Source: Tubiluchus corallicola (Eukaryota > Animalia > Priapulida). From it: a stretch of 64,000 nt of DNA. A program made the position numbers and the translations under genes. Location: assembly GCA_030141605.1 (NCBI GenBank), contig JAQGDQ010000074.1:496001-560000 (forward strand). The letters are read 5' to 3'. A model generated the notes under the pieces. That model was not told the origin of the DNA. It did no database searches and saw nothing but the letters and a program-made list of their open reading frames with translations. Below are positions 29,442-44,640 of this stretch, in pieces; position 1 is the first letter of the stretch, and the number at the start of each line of letters is the position of its first letter.

Positions 29442-32400
29442 AATTTGTCCATCCGTGCAACTGTGCCCTCGTCTGATTGTCTGTCATTTGTCTGTTGGTC
29501 TGTCGTTTTGCCTATCTCCTTGCTAGATATATTATTCATTTGATTGCTTATCTGTCTGTCTGGCTGTCTAGTTGTTTACCTTTTGTTTGTTTATTTAGAA
29601 ACTCACTTATTTGTTTGTCCTTTCGTTCTTATGTCCACTCTGTCTTTCCTTTATTTCTTTCGTTTATTCGCGGACTCACTCACTCACTCCTTCCTTCATT
29701 CATTCGTTTTGAATTAACCTTCAAAGATGGTGCAATGTTTTGATATTCAGCGGACTATTTTTGCTGGGCGTTTATTTTCTTTCTTGGGATAGTAATTGAA
29801 TTCAGCTGTGAATGTTTAAAAACTCGAGGTTTCAATAGCTGCATTTAACTTCCGTGGAATATCGGAAATTTATGATTGGGACATTGTCATAACCTAAATG
29901 ATAGTGGTATGTTCTGGCTTGTCTTTTTCGGTATAAAATGGAAAGCCGTTCAAGCTACATTTTAGTTACTACTTGTTTATTTTTGTTTTGTTTTGTTTTA
30001 GAGTACTGACAGTTTTAAAATTCTTTAACACATTCTGATATAAGCACTAATTCAAAAAATTTTGTTTCTATAATAGTTTCATGTCTGGATTTTATGATGC
30101 ATTGTAACTGAAAAGTGTCGAAAGTGTGATTTGTACACTCTTTATAATTATGCGAATCTTGTCGAGTTAGAATTTTAATCACCGTTATATGCGCCTAATT
30201 TTCTAATTCTTGTTTCATTGTAGTGTTATTACGGCAAGTTTCTGCTTTTGCAAAAATACATTTAATTCTCTCGTTAACGGTACGCGATGCTTCACCATGT
30301 TAAGCAGATCAGTATAGCAATTTTTTTAGAAATTTTTGATTTTTTTTAAAAAGCCGTTAAAACTTATAAAAAACACTTTACGCAACACATAATGATAAAT
30401 TTCTCGTTAAAATGCAGTTTGTAATTTCGTTTACTTTAGTATTTTATATTGAAATGTAGGCCTATACGCTTTTTATCAGAGAATAATCAATAATTAATTA
30501 ATAATAAAAGATTAATTAATCTTTTAATTAATAAATTGTTAATTAATAAAAGATTTCAATCATTGACAAGCGACTAATTTTACTTATTCTCTAAAGTTGT
30601 CCGTTAATTTTTCCAATTTCTTTATAAAAAGCTTAATCTGCAAAACATGTTATGAGATGTTAAACAATGACAAATAATAAGTTAATCATTCCTGTTTTTT
30701 TTTCAAAACTCTGTTACTATACAGAGTGTTGTTTCTGTGTTTTCATAAAACAGCTGTGTGAATGACTTGATTTTATTCTCTATGCTACAGAAAAAAGATG
30801 CATAGAAATAACCAAGTGTTACGCAAAATAACAAAAAAGCAAACAAAAGCTTTAAGCTAAGCACATATGTAAACTAAGACACAGTCACTGTCTCGCAGTC
30901 ACAAAATAATCATAATACAATACTAACAAATAAATAAAAATAATTTAGCGATCACAAAATGGCGAGTGAAAATACAAGAATTTACCATTACCAAACCAAC
31001 AAATAGCGCAAATCTACAAACTTCGTCCTGATAGGTCTGCTGGAAAGCAACAGAAAATACAGTCTACAGCCGACCTTTAATAAAGGAAACGTTGCACCGC
31101 ACAGGCAAGACCAACTTCATAAGAGGCTAATTACGTATTGCGTTTTTTTTTCTTCTACAGTAATGAACGGTCAACATTCCTTTCTAGAAACGTGTTAACA
31201 ATTTTGCATGGTTTTAAACCAGAAATTCTACAAAACCGAACACATGATCACCCTTTAACCAATCAGCGAGTGGATATTGTCTCGTTCACTTTCACTACTT
31301 CGCGCTAAACTACTTGGAATTTTTAGCTTATACTACATATTTACATGTTTTCTCTGAATGTACTGATGAAAGCAAAAAGAAGCCATTTGTTGGAGGATCA
31401 GCTTCCACGGTGTTGCGTGGGTAGATAACGAAATCTACAAAAGTCAATGAAACTAAAGTGGGCTGATAACACATTCATGAAGAATGCTTTTTCCTTTTTT
31501 CATTATGCTAATTATTGTAATAAGTTCTGTCTCACGTGGAAATTAAATAAATTATCACAATTATGTAGCTAGCTCCCATGGTTATTCTATCGTGGTGTTT
31601 TCGTCCTTCTGCAATTAAGGCAAACAACTTTTGCATTAATTTAATACTGAAATCATATTTAAAAACTCAATGGCTAGAGTTTTGTACCGTCTGTCTTTCT
31701 ATTTCATTTCACTTATCGCCAACTTATAATGAAAAATGCCAGTACAGGCCTTATAATGTTTTCTGTTTACGCTCGCAATTTATGAAATCTTAATCATTCA
31801 AGAATTATAACTGTCATAGCTGCAGCTTGGTGATTATTTTGCTCAATTTTGCTGCTACGTTGACTAGAAGTTGCGGTAAATTGCCGGTTATCGGCTATAC
31901 GCGCCGTTGACAAGGGGGAGTGCCCAAGAAAGATTTCCAAGAAAGAAACGAACGTGCCAAGAATGGATTAGTCCCTTGAAACCTTCGCGAACTTCATTCA
32001 TTAGAATTGAATGAACTTTAGAGTTGACAGTTCTGTGTATTTATTCGCCTCGGTCAATGCAAAATACGCATAAAAATGCGTTAAGGAAGATGTATTTCAA
32101 TTAAGGTTATAGGTTTGCTCGTTTGCTCAAACGGAGCAATTTTTGTTAGATCGTTGCCGGTTCAACTCCCCTGGCGATATACACAAGAAATTTGTTACAC
32201 TGAAAATGATTGATTTGACTACAGGTTTAAGGCTTTGCTTGCAGCTTTGAATCTGTAGTCCTACATTATGAGTTTAGCTTAAAATCATTTCAATTTAAAG
32301 CACAACCATTAAAAATGTTAAAAATAAATTTAACAAAATATTTTGTAAAGCAATGACTGTTCTTTCATGCTCTGGTCTTTCCATGTCTATGCTCAAAGTA

Positions 32401-32476
32401 AGCACGAGTACGCGAGGATACATTAGTGAGCAAGCTTGCGTTAACTATTAATTATTGTGCTGAATACTGTTATAGT

Positions 32477-33420
32477 CAGAATCGACTCTACCAATAGGCA
32501 ATCCAGGCAGTTGCCTAGGACGCCAAATTTTTGGTGGCGCGAAATCTTGGAAATAATTTTTTGATGTTTAAGTTTAGCTTTAGCATAAGTAAAACATAGT
32601 ATATGTGTAACACTTTAGTTTACTGAAACAAATTCTTGCGTTATTTTTTTGTCAAAATATGTGATTCATCGACACTAACACACAAGGAGCTCTCTTCCCT
32701 CAGCAAAACAATTTCAACTTTTGCTTTAGCTGGCTTCTAAAGATTACATCATTGTATGCAGACGCGCTGTCCTGCTTTTCACCACAGTTTACATTGCATG
32801 TATATAGCAGCAGAGAAAGTAACGACTCCTCTTAATAAAAAGTTTCTTGCAATAGCGTTTATCTAATTATCGCAGAAGAATCGAAACCTTCGGAAGGAAA
32901 AGGAAAGTAAAAAACCTGGCGGACACCGAGTACCAAATGATTCGCCAATGAACTATTTGCGACCACACCAGAGTTATGGCTGTGAATATGATGAAACTAG
33001 TGAAATGGTGTACTTGAAAAAGAGGAGTTGGTGTTTAAAACATTTTCTATGCTTCTAAAGCCTTTTCAAAGGCTGAGTGTAAATCTAGCCAAGACTATAT
33101 ACATGAACAGTGTGCAGTAGAAATTGCAGAAATTAGATTGCTCCTGAAGCTCCACATATACAATGAGGTCATAAATTTAACTTCAAATGAAATCAACATA
33201 AGGCGTAAATAGGTAATTAACTACATTTAATTAGTGCTCTACAATACATGTATAAGAATAACACAGGTACCATTATACTTTATTACGTGCTCCAAAAATT
33301 CCATTTTGTGGGCCGTGGGTCGGATGCTTGGGGCCGTGGGGAAGGGGTCAGCAGTTGAGAAAGGGCGCTAAAATACTTTTGCCTGGGCCTAGGGCGTCAA
33401 ACTACCTAGAGCGGACCGTG
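32477..33420. mobile_element. Old non-autonomous hAT-like element
   Basis: Degenerate TIRs CAGAATCGACTCTA / TAGAGCGGACCGTG; GCCTAGG(A/G)CG(C/T)CAAA subterminal motif at both ends; degenerate 8-bp TSD GTTATAGT / ATTATAAT (6 of 8). Confidence 0.6.
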
Positions 33421-36400
33421 ATTATAATTGAACTTAATATGTGCCGTTTAGCCACCTCCTTCGTGTGCCATTTACTCCTTGCCACCTGCAAGTTGTGCTG
33501 AGAACCAGAATGCACAACCATGTGTAGTTTTGCTGAAGTAGTGTATAGTAATGACATGCATTTTGATCCGTCAACTTGGCATCAAATTCGTCAAATCAAA
33601 TCGCCTTCTTTATTCAAACTTGATCAAACATTTTCCTGCCACAAAACATGTGGCTCAGTATGAACAAATACAAACGCTATAGTCATTTACAGTCATTACA
33701 ATCTTTTAATAAATCTTTACTATAATGATATAAGAACTGCACCCATAATAGCTAGCGTCGGTAACATGTAAACACTGAGAGAGATAACAACAACATGTGG
33801 GAGTAAATCGCTGATTGTTGCCCCGGGTTCCATAATACTGTTCTATGTAGAGCAATAATCTAATACAGGCGCCAGTTACAATGTCTATGAAATATCACCG
33901 CGAATCCTTTACTACAATCGGCCTCCCTTCGATAATGTTATAAATAAGGGTTTATGTACAAACGCAATGCAATTAAGTGGATGATCCTCTGTGAGGAACT
34001 CCCTTGGCAGTCATACGACGCTGCCTAGATGAAGCCCGTTTATGGCGGAAAGGGTCGTTGTACTACAGAAGCTTTGATGGCATTACAAAAGGCAAGTTTG
34101 TAAATGCATTGTTTGAGCAAAATTAGTCACAACTTTTGTCAGAAGTATTAAATTCATGTGATTGTGGCGGATAATGCAGTACAGCTATAGCAGTTGTCAC
34201 TGCTATTTTTCTTGGTTCATTTCCAATGTTATAGAGCTAACGCTAATTCTTTTTTCTGCAAATAATTAAGAACAACTTCTGCAAGCGTTAATTCTGCAAC
34301 CCAAATATAATAATGCATTTAAAAATTCTTAAAAATGTACAACTACTAGCAAAATATCACAAGAGAACAGGCAAAGAATAGAAGAACAGCAACAATGTAT
34401 TTTCGATAATCTCCAGGACCAAAAAGCAAAATATTGTTCTTTAAAAGCCCGACGGTGTCGCGGGCTCCTGTTGCATAATTAAGCCAGAAAACCGCCTCCA
34501 GGGACTGTAAAACCTTGATGAAAAGGCAGTATTGCAATGACTTTACTCACGTAAAGACCTAAAATGCTTTTGCTCCTTAGGGATTAATGCTAGCAAGCCA
34601 ACGATGAATAAAATGGAACACCAAGGTTGTAATACTGAAAAAAATGACAAACCAAAAGGCAACAAAAAATTATTTACAAACATTGTGAAGGAATTTTCAA
34701 TATGAATAAATTTGTATTTTATCTGCAATTGGTATGGGCTGTTTCACTCTTTACTAGCTCAATGAAGGTTGCAGTGTATTTAATCTGCTGGACGCCCACA
34801 GATAAACTCCGAAACCACATCAGGTGGCAGACAAACTTGAGTCGGGCTCTTCTTAGGAGGAAAGCTAGAAAACCGCTGCTAAACCAATACCCTGCATCAA
34901 CCCAAATTACCTACTTTCGACCTTAACTTTTTTAGCTATAAATTACATAAATATGCCAGCTTTAATAGAGGCTTCTTTACTATAATACAGGAAACTTTGT
35001 GCCAACGTATTGGACTGCCAATTTTTTTGGATTTAGATAAGGCATGTTATACATAAGATAAAGCTACAAGCCATAACCGGAACATAGTGTTACTTCGCAA
35101 ATAAGAAGCTAAAGTTTTACGTGAGTTGCTTGCAGTGTAATATCAAAAGCAACTAACATGGCGTATAAATAAAGTTCGTGGAAAATACAGAGAAGAAAAA
35201 TGCCTGCAATCCCGCATGCGCAAGAAGAGTAGAAAATGTGCAAAGAGTATGCACGAAAAAGAACATGAGATACAAATGTCAATGGCTTCACAAGCTTTGC
35301 CAATAATGGCCATTCTGACAACGACTTGCTAAGATTATCCACACTAATGGCGTGGGCTAAAGCACCACATTTACCACCGAGGATTACCATTGAAGCCTGA
35401 CAATTGAAACGCGTCGAGTTAAAACTAAAGGCCTATTGCATCCACGAAATCATAAAGCAAAATTCCACAAGCTAAGTGACTATACTACTGTTGTGGACAG
35501 GTCTCTAAACTATTGTAAACGTTCAAATAATGATTTCTGTTGCTGAAATTGCTACACGAAGTCACAGACAGAATATTTAGAATATTTATATAATTCAGAG
35601 ACAGAGCAGCGTTATACTGTCATACACTGAGATTAAAATAAGGGACTGCCCGAAATTTAAGAATATAGATGCAAACACTAAATGAAAATGTTTTTTCCAG
35701 AGTTATTGCATGATAATACTGAAGACGTGGGTTTTCTCGATACTCAATAACTGCAGTCAGTTTATTATGCAAATTACCGAAAGATATAAAAGTCATAAAA
35801 ACTGAGTGCACTGCGCACTGAACTACTGTGATGTTTTCTCCAATTATTGTACAAACAGTACGCCTATATGTTAGTAACAGCTTGATAGTGAATATAGACA
35901 ACTAACAGGTGCAATTTAGAGATGAACTATGTAGTAACAGTGTTCATCAGGAAATATGGCTATAACATTTGATAAAAACTAGTCGCAATGTATGTTAGTA
36001 CTGTCATTTCTAAGAGTGTAATGTAATGTAATGTACATCAACAACGGCATACTTTTTCTTAAAAGCCTTAATTTTACACTTTGTTAGAAAGAAATACAAT
36101 TTGAAAACAGTTGGTGTTTCTAATTATAATACCATTAAAAGGTCAAAATTCATTTAGCAATACGATCTTAACGCAATACATATATAATCGCGATTAAGTC
36201 ATTAAACTTACTTGAATAACAAATCTTACACGGTCCTCTGTGTGTCACTTCTGCTCTATCAGTGCTTCATATAGAGGAAGTGTTTACTCCTTGAACCGTT
36301 TTACTAGAAAATATTTTTGTCTGTGTTTATGAAGAAATGACAACAAAACTCTGCTGTAAAGAAATTGATTTCAGCTCGTCATCACTTTCAACCTCAGCAG

Positions 36401-37835
36401 GCTCTGATAAAGATCATGTTGGCGATGAAAAAACGTTGAAAAGAGTAGCTGGTTGGCAAGGAAAAGAAATTTGGTATGTGTTATTAATAAAACCAGTAAG
36501 TGTTACAGAAACAGCGTTAAATAGGCAAAAAGCTGAAAAAAGATACGAAAACAGTCAAAAGTAGAAAATCTAGCACTCATGATAGTCCAATAAATTACAT
36601 TAGCAGTAAAGTAACGTAGCGTAACTGCCACTTGTAGTGGTTTTATCAACAGCATTATTACTGCAGAAACTCGTGCAATATAGCAATAATTAATCTAAAC
36701 CTGCAATAAAGCTCTAAACCTAATTATGCATTGCTATTTCAAGTACATTAGTATCAATCTTCATAAATAATGACCGTTAAAAATACAACGAAAATAAAAG
36801 ACATTTGTTTTTTCCTGCCTTTCCCATCGAAAACGTAATATCTGACACGTGAAAGCTTTTGACACTTCCAAGCTTACAATAGTTGGAAGAAAAGTATCAT
36901 GAGTAACACATCAGCTATTGTTGAAGAACACTGTAGTATGACATTTGTTCAGCTGTAGTTGTGCTTCAAGTTAATTAAGAAAACTCGTATTCACAAACTG
37001 GAAGTCAAAAAGTGGTGTTTTAAGATTCACAAAAGGGAAGCAACATGCTGAAAAAAGAAATAAACAAGCTAGTTGCCCAGAAGGTAAACCCAAACCAAAA
37101 TGCAGAGACACTTTTAAGAAACTTAAAACGCCTTATGATATCATGGTTGGTTACGTTAATCGTTTCTAAACAACACTGTGACACTACTACTTTCCGCAGC
37201 AACGAAATCACCCCTCTTGTTTGTTGATAATGATAATCATGTGCATGCGCTAGACAAGTTAAAATTCTTTGTTACTAAATTCGAGTTTAAAATACAACTA
37301 TACAAGTTCATTTCGATCGCAATTGTTCAATGATCCATACGGGCAGATTTACTAATACTTTTGTATTATTTCTACTAATACAAACTCTCTATGTACCTTG
37401 AAGCAGTGATGAAAACCTTTACAGCAGAACGTTGCGCTAGTAACGAGTAACTAATAAATACATTATAATGAGATAAAAAGGGGTTATAACAAGTAACTTT
37501 ATAACTCATTACAACAAGTTTTATCCCGTTATAATGACTATTGGTCTCGCCTTTACGACTTTTTATCTTGTTACGACTTTCCTGGTCACAAGATTTTTGC
37601 AATGGCCCTAATAACGACGGAGCTATGCTGGTCAGGTTCGAATATCGCATACCCACTCGGAACGAGGTTAAGAGTGGAAATGCAGCAAGACAGTGGAAAG
37701 TTTTCTGGCGACTGTTTATGTTATTCATTAACCAGACCCCAGCACTGCATAACTTTAGTAGCCAAGCACACACCGTGTCCGCTCAGCTATTAAATTCCCT
37801 TCAGCTCGTTCTTAACTCGTTTGTTGGAAGCGGTT

Positions 37836-38253
37836 GAGGGAAGAAGAAACAGAAAGAAGGAAATGAAGAGCCAATTGGTGGAATGAGAAAATACAGTCGT
37901 GCCATGGACAACTGAAAAAGAAGAAATTAAGAGAGAACGGGGAGGAAAGAAGGAGTAAAAGAATGACAGTATGAAAAGAAAAATAAAAAGCGGAAAGAAG
38001 GATAAGGGAAAGAAGAATGGAAGAAAATGAATACAGGAAAAAGAAAGGCAGTAAAAATGAAAAAAGTGTAGAAGTAAGCAAGAGTAAAATGACTGAAATG
38101 GTAAAGCATGCAAAAAGTAAGAAACAAAGAAAGAAATAAACAGAGAAAGGAGGGAAGCGAGAAGTACAAGAAAAGAAGTAAGACGTAAAAATAAAATGAA
38201 GAATGGAAAAGGAAAGAAGAAAGAAAAAGGAGGGAAGAAGGAAAAACGAAAAA
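37836..38253. repeat. Polypurine (A/G-rich) low-complexity tract
   Basis: About 420 bp almost lacking pyrimidine runs; it explains the overlapping Phe/Ser/Leu-rich minus-strand ORFs. Confidence 0.85.
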
Positions 38254-41200
38254 CATGTGCATATACGTATGAGATGTACATACTAAAACAAACAGACACA
38301 TACAGGTGTAAATTAAATTAATTCGATCATCGATATTACAATAAAAATAGTTGAATCCACCGGGTGAAGTAGCGTAATTTCTCTAGAAAGTCCCTGTTTA
38401 TGTACACTCTTCAAGTTTGACAGCAGCTCTCTCTTTCTCTTCTTCATTGCGTTACGCGCCATGGTTTCAAAATAAACATTATTTGAAAGATCTCTCGTAA
38501 AATACCGACCCCTGGGATTTATCGCTGCAGTGATATATAAAGTTTAATTAGAAGTACCCTGCTTGTCGATTAATACTTTTAACTGGATAAATCTCTCAAT
38601 AGGATTTGTGCTTTGCAATGTTCACGAATTATGTTGGGTAATTCTACTGTTTGTAGGCGGATGATGAAAGTTAATTTGTTGGGAGCACCGAGAGCTCACA
38701 CACATAATTTTAATGATTTTCTCGTACAACTTGCTCATGCCGCCTTATAACGCTGATGACGGGAAAATTTAGTGCAAATTAATTGCTAACTAAATTAATG
38801 TTTCTTTATGCTGCAACGTATCAATCGAGACCGGCCTACGTGGTCACTCGACGATTAGTGAAATCATGACTAGTTTTCCAGATATTTTACCCGTGCTTAC
38901 TTTCGAGTTTGTTGGGCTACTTGAAATACCCAGTGTAAACAATTGTAAGTGCACCATTTGTATCATTTCTCTCGAATCAAAAGGCCTACGCCACACACAA
39001 CGACACTCTCGAAGTCATCAGGAGAAATCTGATCAGAATCGATCACTTTTCTACAAAGTCTTATACAGAGATGTGAAAAGCAACAAATTTCGGGTTCTGT
39101 TGTTTCTGTTGTACAGGACACTATCGTTTTTAAAACTGGCCAGGTACTTTCTCAGGATCAGAATTTAATGGATTTATACTAACAGCCTGCTATAGTTTCA
39201 AATACCGGGGGGAATGGCGAAAGTTTCGCAATCCCCTAAGAACAGTGTGGTCACAGCTGCACATTAAAGTGGCGGAATGATACTGATTTAATGAACTGCG
39301 TGCTTGCTAGACATTAGCCTTGCGCATGGAGTATTTTCATATTTTTACAAACTTCACAATTGATCTAAATTACAAATTTTACCGTTGGCCCCAAATACAT
39401 CGTCGTTGAGCAAGCGAAACATACCGATATTGTAAAAAAGATTTTGATATAGTTGAGCTACTTCTAACAAAATAACAGAAACCATTGTTGAGAAACATTG
39501 TTGAGAAATTCATTCTCAGTTCCAGTTTACATAATTTAAAAATTACATTGAAAATTTTATTGATACATTTCACGCCATTTTGCTTAGCAGTTTTTCGACG
39601 TTTATCATCGGCTGTGCTAAATTATACACTTTTATAGGCCTCTACGACTTACAAACTGAGAAACTAAAACACAGTGATTTAACAGTGTAATTCGTGTAAG
39701 CTTCTGAACCGTTGGTGCTGTACCAAGTATTCAGGGCAAATCATGAAGTAAAACTGACAACGCGTAAGATTATAAGAAGCAAGAAACAAGAAAAACAAGA
39801 GAAATAAGCAGAAGGAATTATGTTATAAAGTATAATACCCAAAAACAGATTTCAATATTAAAATACGTGTATCTTAAATTAAAATTTCGTGTTGAATTGC
39901 AATGCTAAAGTGCCGTAGTTACAGTGGGTAAATTTATACTGCAGCAACATTAGACGTTTTAACAGAAGCAATGTCTATCCGGCACTTGACCAATGCCTGT
40001 TCGGTAATTGATCTAAGTAGAGGCGCTAATGTACCTGCTCTTTTAGTCCGCACTAACTGCTTCGTTTAATAGGGCATGCTACTCGTGATCTTGGCAATTA
40101 GGAAACATTACAGAACCTTCCGTTAACAGCCTGTTTTCACACTTTGCCGAAAAACTCGGACAAGAAACAAACATTACCCTAAAGTGAAAACATGGCAATG
40201 AAGCACATGCACATGCCATCAGCTGCTTGGTCCAGCCGCTTCACTTATACAAATTGACTTGTTATTATTTTGCTTTCCATGGAATGCCAGGTCCCTCCAT
40301 CAATCGTTGAGGTTAACAATAATATAATAAGATTTTTTAAGGCTAAACCATAAAATTAGTAAAAGAAATACAAGACTAGAGTGTAACTTTCAATAAATTT
40401 TGAATAAAGTGCATTTTTAACCTAATTTATTTCTATTCATCTAATAGGAAGTAGGTGTTTTCATGACAATAAAAAATCTAACTTCCCTTTCTGTAGACAC
40501 AGAATCAATAATTCCATTGTCAACCCTGCATAATTATCTATTTCTGATTCGGAAACAGTAGTTTAATACTACGTGCTTTCATTCGTTTGCTACTAAACTA
40601 TACTGTTAACTTGCTGTCCTGGTTTGGTTTCGCCTCCTCTCCTTTCTTTTCCTTTCCTGTCCTCTCCTCTCCTTTCCTCTTCTCTCCTCTTTTTCGCCTG
40701 TTTTTCTCTTTTCTTATCTTCACTCTACTGCTCTGATTTTGTATCATTTTCATCACTTCCTTTACTTTTCTCTTCTTTCTTCTCATTTCCCTGTCTTCTC
40801 CTCTTATCAGCAATGGCAATGTAATAATCGTAGCTACAAAATAAATGGTAGTGGTATAGTAGCACTCCCTGTTAGCTGCCGTAACCTTTCCCAATAATAG
40901 TCATGACGTTTACCATTACTGTTATTGGCAACGAACTCTTTGCACATTCCGGAAAATTGTCAAAACTGCTAAATTCCAATACGGTGAAATAAAATGTGCA
41001 CTCGAGCCAATCGTTTACGTCTTTAGTCGATCATTTGGACAACCTTCCTTAGTCAATCTTATACCAGTCACCTAAGTCAATCCCAGGCTCGCAGAATTTT
41101 CTCATCAAGATGTTCATCCGCCATGGATAAGCAAGCAACACCCAATGGCAGGCCATTTACAAGAAAAGCTACTAAATGTTTATATACTTGTACACAAACC

Positions 41201-42953
41201 ATATGGCTTCATCTACAAACAGGACAGTACCTTTGTAATAAACCTCTAAAATGTACATGAAATGATTACGCCTACATTCCAATAAACCCACGCCCAAGTG
41301 ATGAAGTTCTCCAAAAACACTGGTTTTTAAAATTTAATTAGGAAAAGGGCAAAACATCTGAGAAAAGAGTATCATCGAGCTCAGCATCACCGTTTACATT
41401 CTTCCGCGGACCGGAAGTGGCCTGGAAATGTAAATGTACAACAGCCGTGGCTAGTTTTACACTCGCATCGAAGCGTTCTGAAGCCACACAGATTCTACTA
41501 TAATTCCCAGCACAAAGCCTGTTAAAGCAATCTAATCTAGCAGACTTTTGCAGAGACGACGGTGCTTAAAACAGATCTCAATTTGATTTCGTTTTCTATA
41601 ACACGACAAATTCGTGTAGCTGTGTAGAAACTTCAGGAGTATATACAGCACAAAATGCCAAGCAACATCAAAATGTTTCGATTAGTCGCACCGTGCAGGC
41701 AAACCATACATCAAAGAAGGTATCTTTGTATATATATATATATATATATATTAATCTTATATAACTTCACAGATTGTATGAAAAATTTCATGATCCTAAA
41801 TTTTTTTACTTAGCCATGTAACATTAAATTTTAACAGTGACATTTTAAAACTATCGTTAAACTTGACGGCACGCACATTAGGCAGCTGTCATAAATTCAC
41901 AATTACTTACTACTTCCTGAAATTTTGCTTCCACGAGATTTACAAAAACTTTGAGAAAATGCAATGGACATGAATAAAAAATCTTCCAGGGAAGCTGTCT
42001 TTTGCATTCACTCATACAGATGACGATATATGTCTATAAATATTTTCGTACAACTATTATAACAAAAAGCATCCTTTGCCAAAAAAAGGAAAAGTACTGA
42101 AGCTATCGCTCCGCTAGCATTCTTATCAAATCTCCGTACTCTAAGTTACACTACAGAAACTGCAGCACTGGAAAACCAAAAAGTATTGAAACTTAAATTC
42201 TGAAGGCCAATTTTATATAATATCTAAACGAACCACTAATCAAAAGACAAATCTTTAGGCCATTTGATTTGATCTCTGTTAATATTCAGGCGGTTTTCTC
42301 TGTTCTACATTGAGTAAAATAAAGTGAGCAAAAACGATTCGGTATTAGCACCCCGATCGAGCATCAATCAGACTTAAATTGGCGGAAAATTTGTGGCAGT
42401 GAAATCTAGAATACTGATAGGGTTCTCGCAGACTAATAGTCGTTCATAAATAGTCACGTATACTCGTACAGATCTACTTAGGCTAAGTCTGTAAGTTGAG
42501 TAAACATCATCGTCGTCGTCGTCGTCGTCGTCGTTAGTCTCATTATTAATGGTAGCAAGAGCAATAATGACAACAGCTGCAGTAATGATAGTACGCCACC
42601 CTAACATAACAAGTGCAACATAGTTGAGGTTTCGCGTAATTTATTTATTATTTTTTCAGACCTATGAGTTTTTGCTTGAAAATAAAAAGGGGAGGTTTTG
42701 AAAAACATTTTGACACCATCTCTATTTTTGAATATGAAGCACAAAAACGCAAAGAAAAGAAAGTCCGTCGAATTTAGGTTCACATTTACGTTAGTTTTTG
42801 TCATTCTGAGAATATATTCATGAAATTAAACACTCTTTATTGTTGGCAAAGATGCTAATGTTATATGCCGCCTGATTTACTAAAGAAAATATGTGACTCA
42901 GTAAGTATAGTGCGTTAACACTTGCAAGAAAGCAAAGCTAAAATACAAAGTCT

Positions 42954-43024
42954 GAAAAATTTCGCATTCCTGTGGGACTCGAACTTTTCGCTTTCCGGGC
43001 AAACTAGCTAACCTTTACACCATA
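42954..43024 (-). mobile_element. tRNA-derived SINE head or tRNA pseudogene
   Basis: The minus strand has an A-box-like TGGTGTAAAGG, a B-box GTTCGAGTCC and a downstream T-run; no intact cloverleaf. Confidence 0.5.
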
Positions 43025-44560
43025 GAAGTACTCTGACTTCTCAGGTCCTAAAAGTTACACTAAAAATCACCGATCTAGGGGCAAGGCTGGCAGTACGGTA
43101 CGGTATGGCACGAAATTAAGGTACGGTACAACAAAAAATTCTGAAAAGTACGATACGGAATTACGGTGCGGTACGGTATTTTTTCGTAGCTTTTTCCTAC
43201 CTTCATCGAACCTTTTCCATACCATTTTTACTCTTGCAAAGTTTCTATGGTCAGTAACTCTGGTTGATGACAGGATTTGCTTATGAAAGGAGCGTTGCTG
43301 TTCTATGTGCTTCTCCCCTAATTAACTCAGAACACACGCAAACAAAACGGCTAGATTGGTTCGTGATGGGTGCAAAAGCGACAAGTTGTTTAGTGGAGCC
43401 AGTTCTCATTTACCGTAAATTACGTTAATTGTTATTTATAAACTAGGTAGATGCTTCCCACATTTGATACCTATTGTTTTGAAACGTTAAGAACTTTGCC
43501 GATTCATGCAAAACATTAACGATTTAATAACTGGATATCGCTTGAATTAAATGTTTGCTTTATCAAAAAAAAATTCAAGATGTACCGACCTTACACAATA
43601 ACCCGTGTGGCCACAGCATTATTTTAATGAGTATAGAAGCTATCATTGTCTGTGTATACAAATATGTTACCTGCAGATCAAGTCAAACCTTGCTTAAAGC
43701 CCAAAAAACCCTCCACTTACATAAAGCTTGAAAAATTCGTCTTGAAACTTTATACCACTTACATACTGCCTTTTTACATACAGGACTTGCGTCGGCGGTA
43801 ACCCTGTATAAAACATGTAAATTTGAACTCCCGCGATAACTGTTGGACGCAGCCATTTTGACAAAAGGTCATGTGAAACAAGTTCAGATAACACCGCATA
43901 AAGTTTGAAAAAATAATCAGAGCATTCGTAGGGCACACGTCACTAACTAAGTAAAATTTTAAATTACTATATCTTGTCAATAAGATAAAAAAATGCGTTT
44001 TTTGTTAGTGAGTGGTGCACCCTGGAGGTACACCAAGCATTTTAAATAATTAATAATTTTCTTTTCTAGTTACACAAGCCTTTTAAGCAGGTAAGCGAAA
44101 TGCTAAGTAACAAAACTTTGCATGAAAATTTTTTAGGGACATATTTTAACAATTTCTTTTCTTCCCCTAATTTACGTTGTGCGTATATGTCGTCATGCAA
44201 TAGCGCGGTCGGTACAGCGTCGTGGGAAATTTAAAATAAAAACAAACAAAAAATCCTCTTGTTTGTACGACATACGTATAAAATTGCCAATAAATTGGTA
44301 TAGTTTTTTAAGGCGATTTTTCTGAAACCTACTTCAGGTACCCCTTTTTTGCCCCTTAAGGCCGAAATGCTAGGTTGTTTGTGTGCGTGCTACCCTTATT
44401 TTTATAGTACTGAATACGTAAATTCATAACATTAAATTAATAAATTTGTCGTTTTTACAATTAATTTTATGCCACTACGTAGTATGTAGATCTTACATGC
44501 ACCTACGATATATATATATATATATAGATTCTTCTATATATAAAGAAAATAGAAGAAAAG

Positions 44561-44640
44561 TTTAAAACATTTCGTATCTGAACTGGGGCTCGAACCCAAG
44601 GTCTTCTGCTCACCGAGTGGCTATTTTAAGCTAGACCATC
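44561..44640 (-). mobile_element. tRNA-derived SINE head
   Basis: The minus strand reads TGGTCTAG...GCAGAAGACCTTGGGTTCGAGCCCCAG..., similar to the copy near 8314-8360. Confidence 0.5.

Noticed and set aside
37790-38301. Three overlapping hydrophobic ORFs resembling membrane proteins
   Set aside because: Artefact of the polypurine tract, whose complement lacks stop codons.
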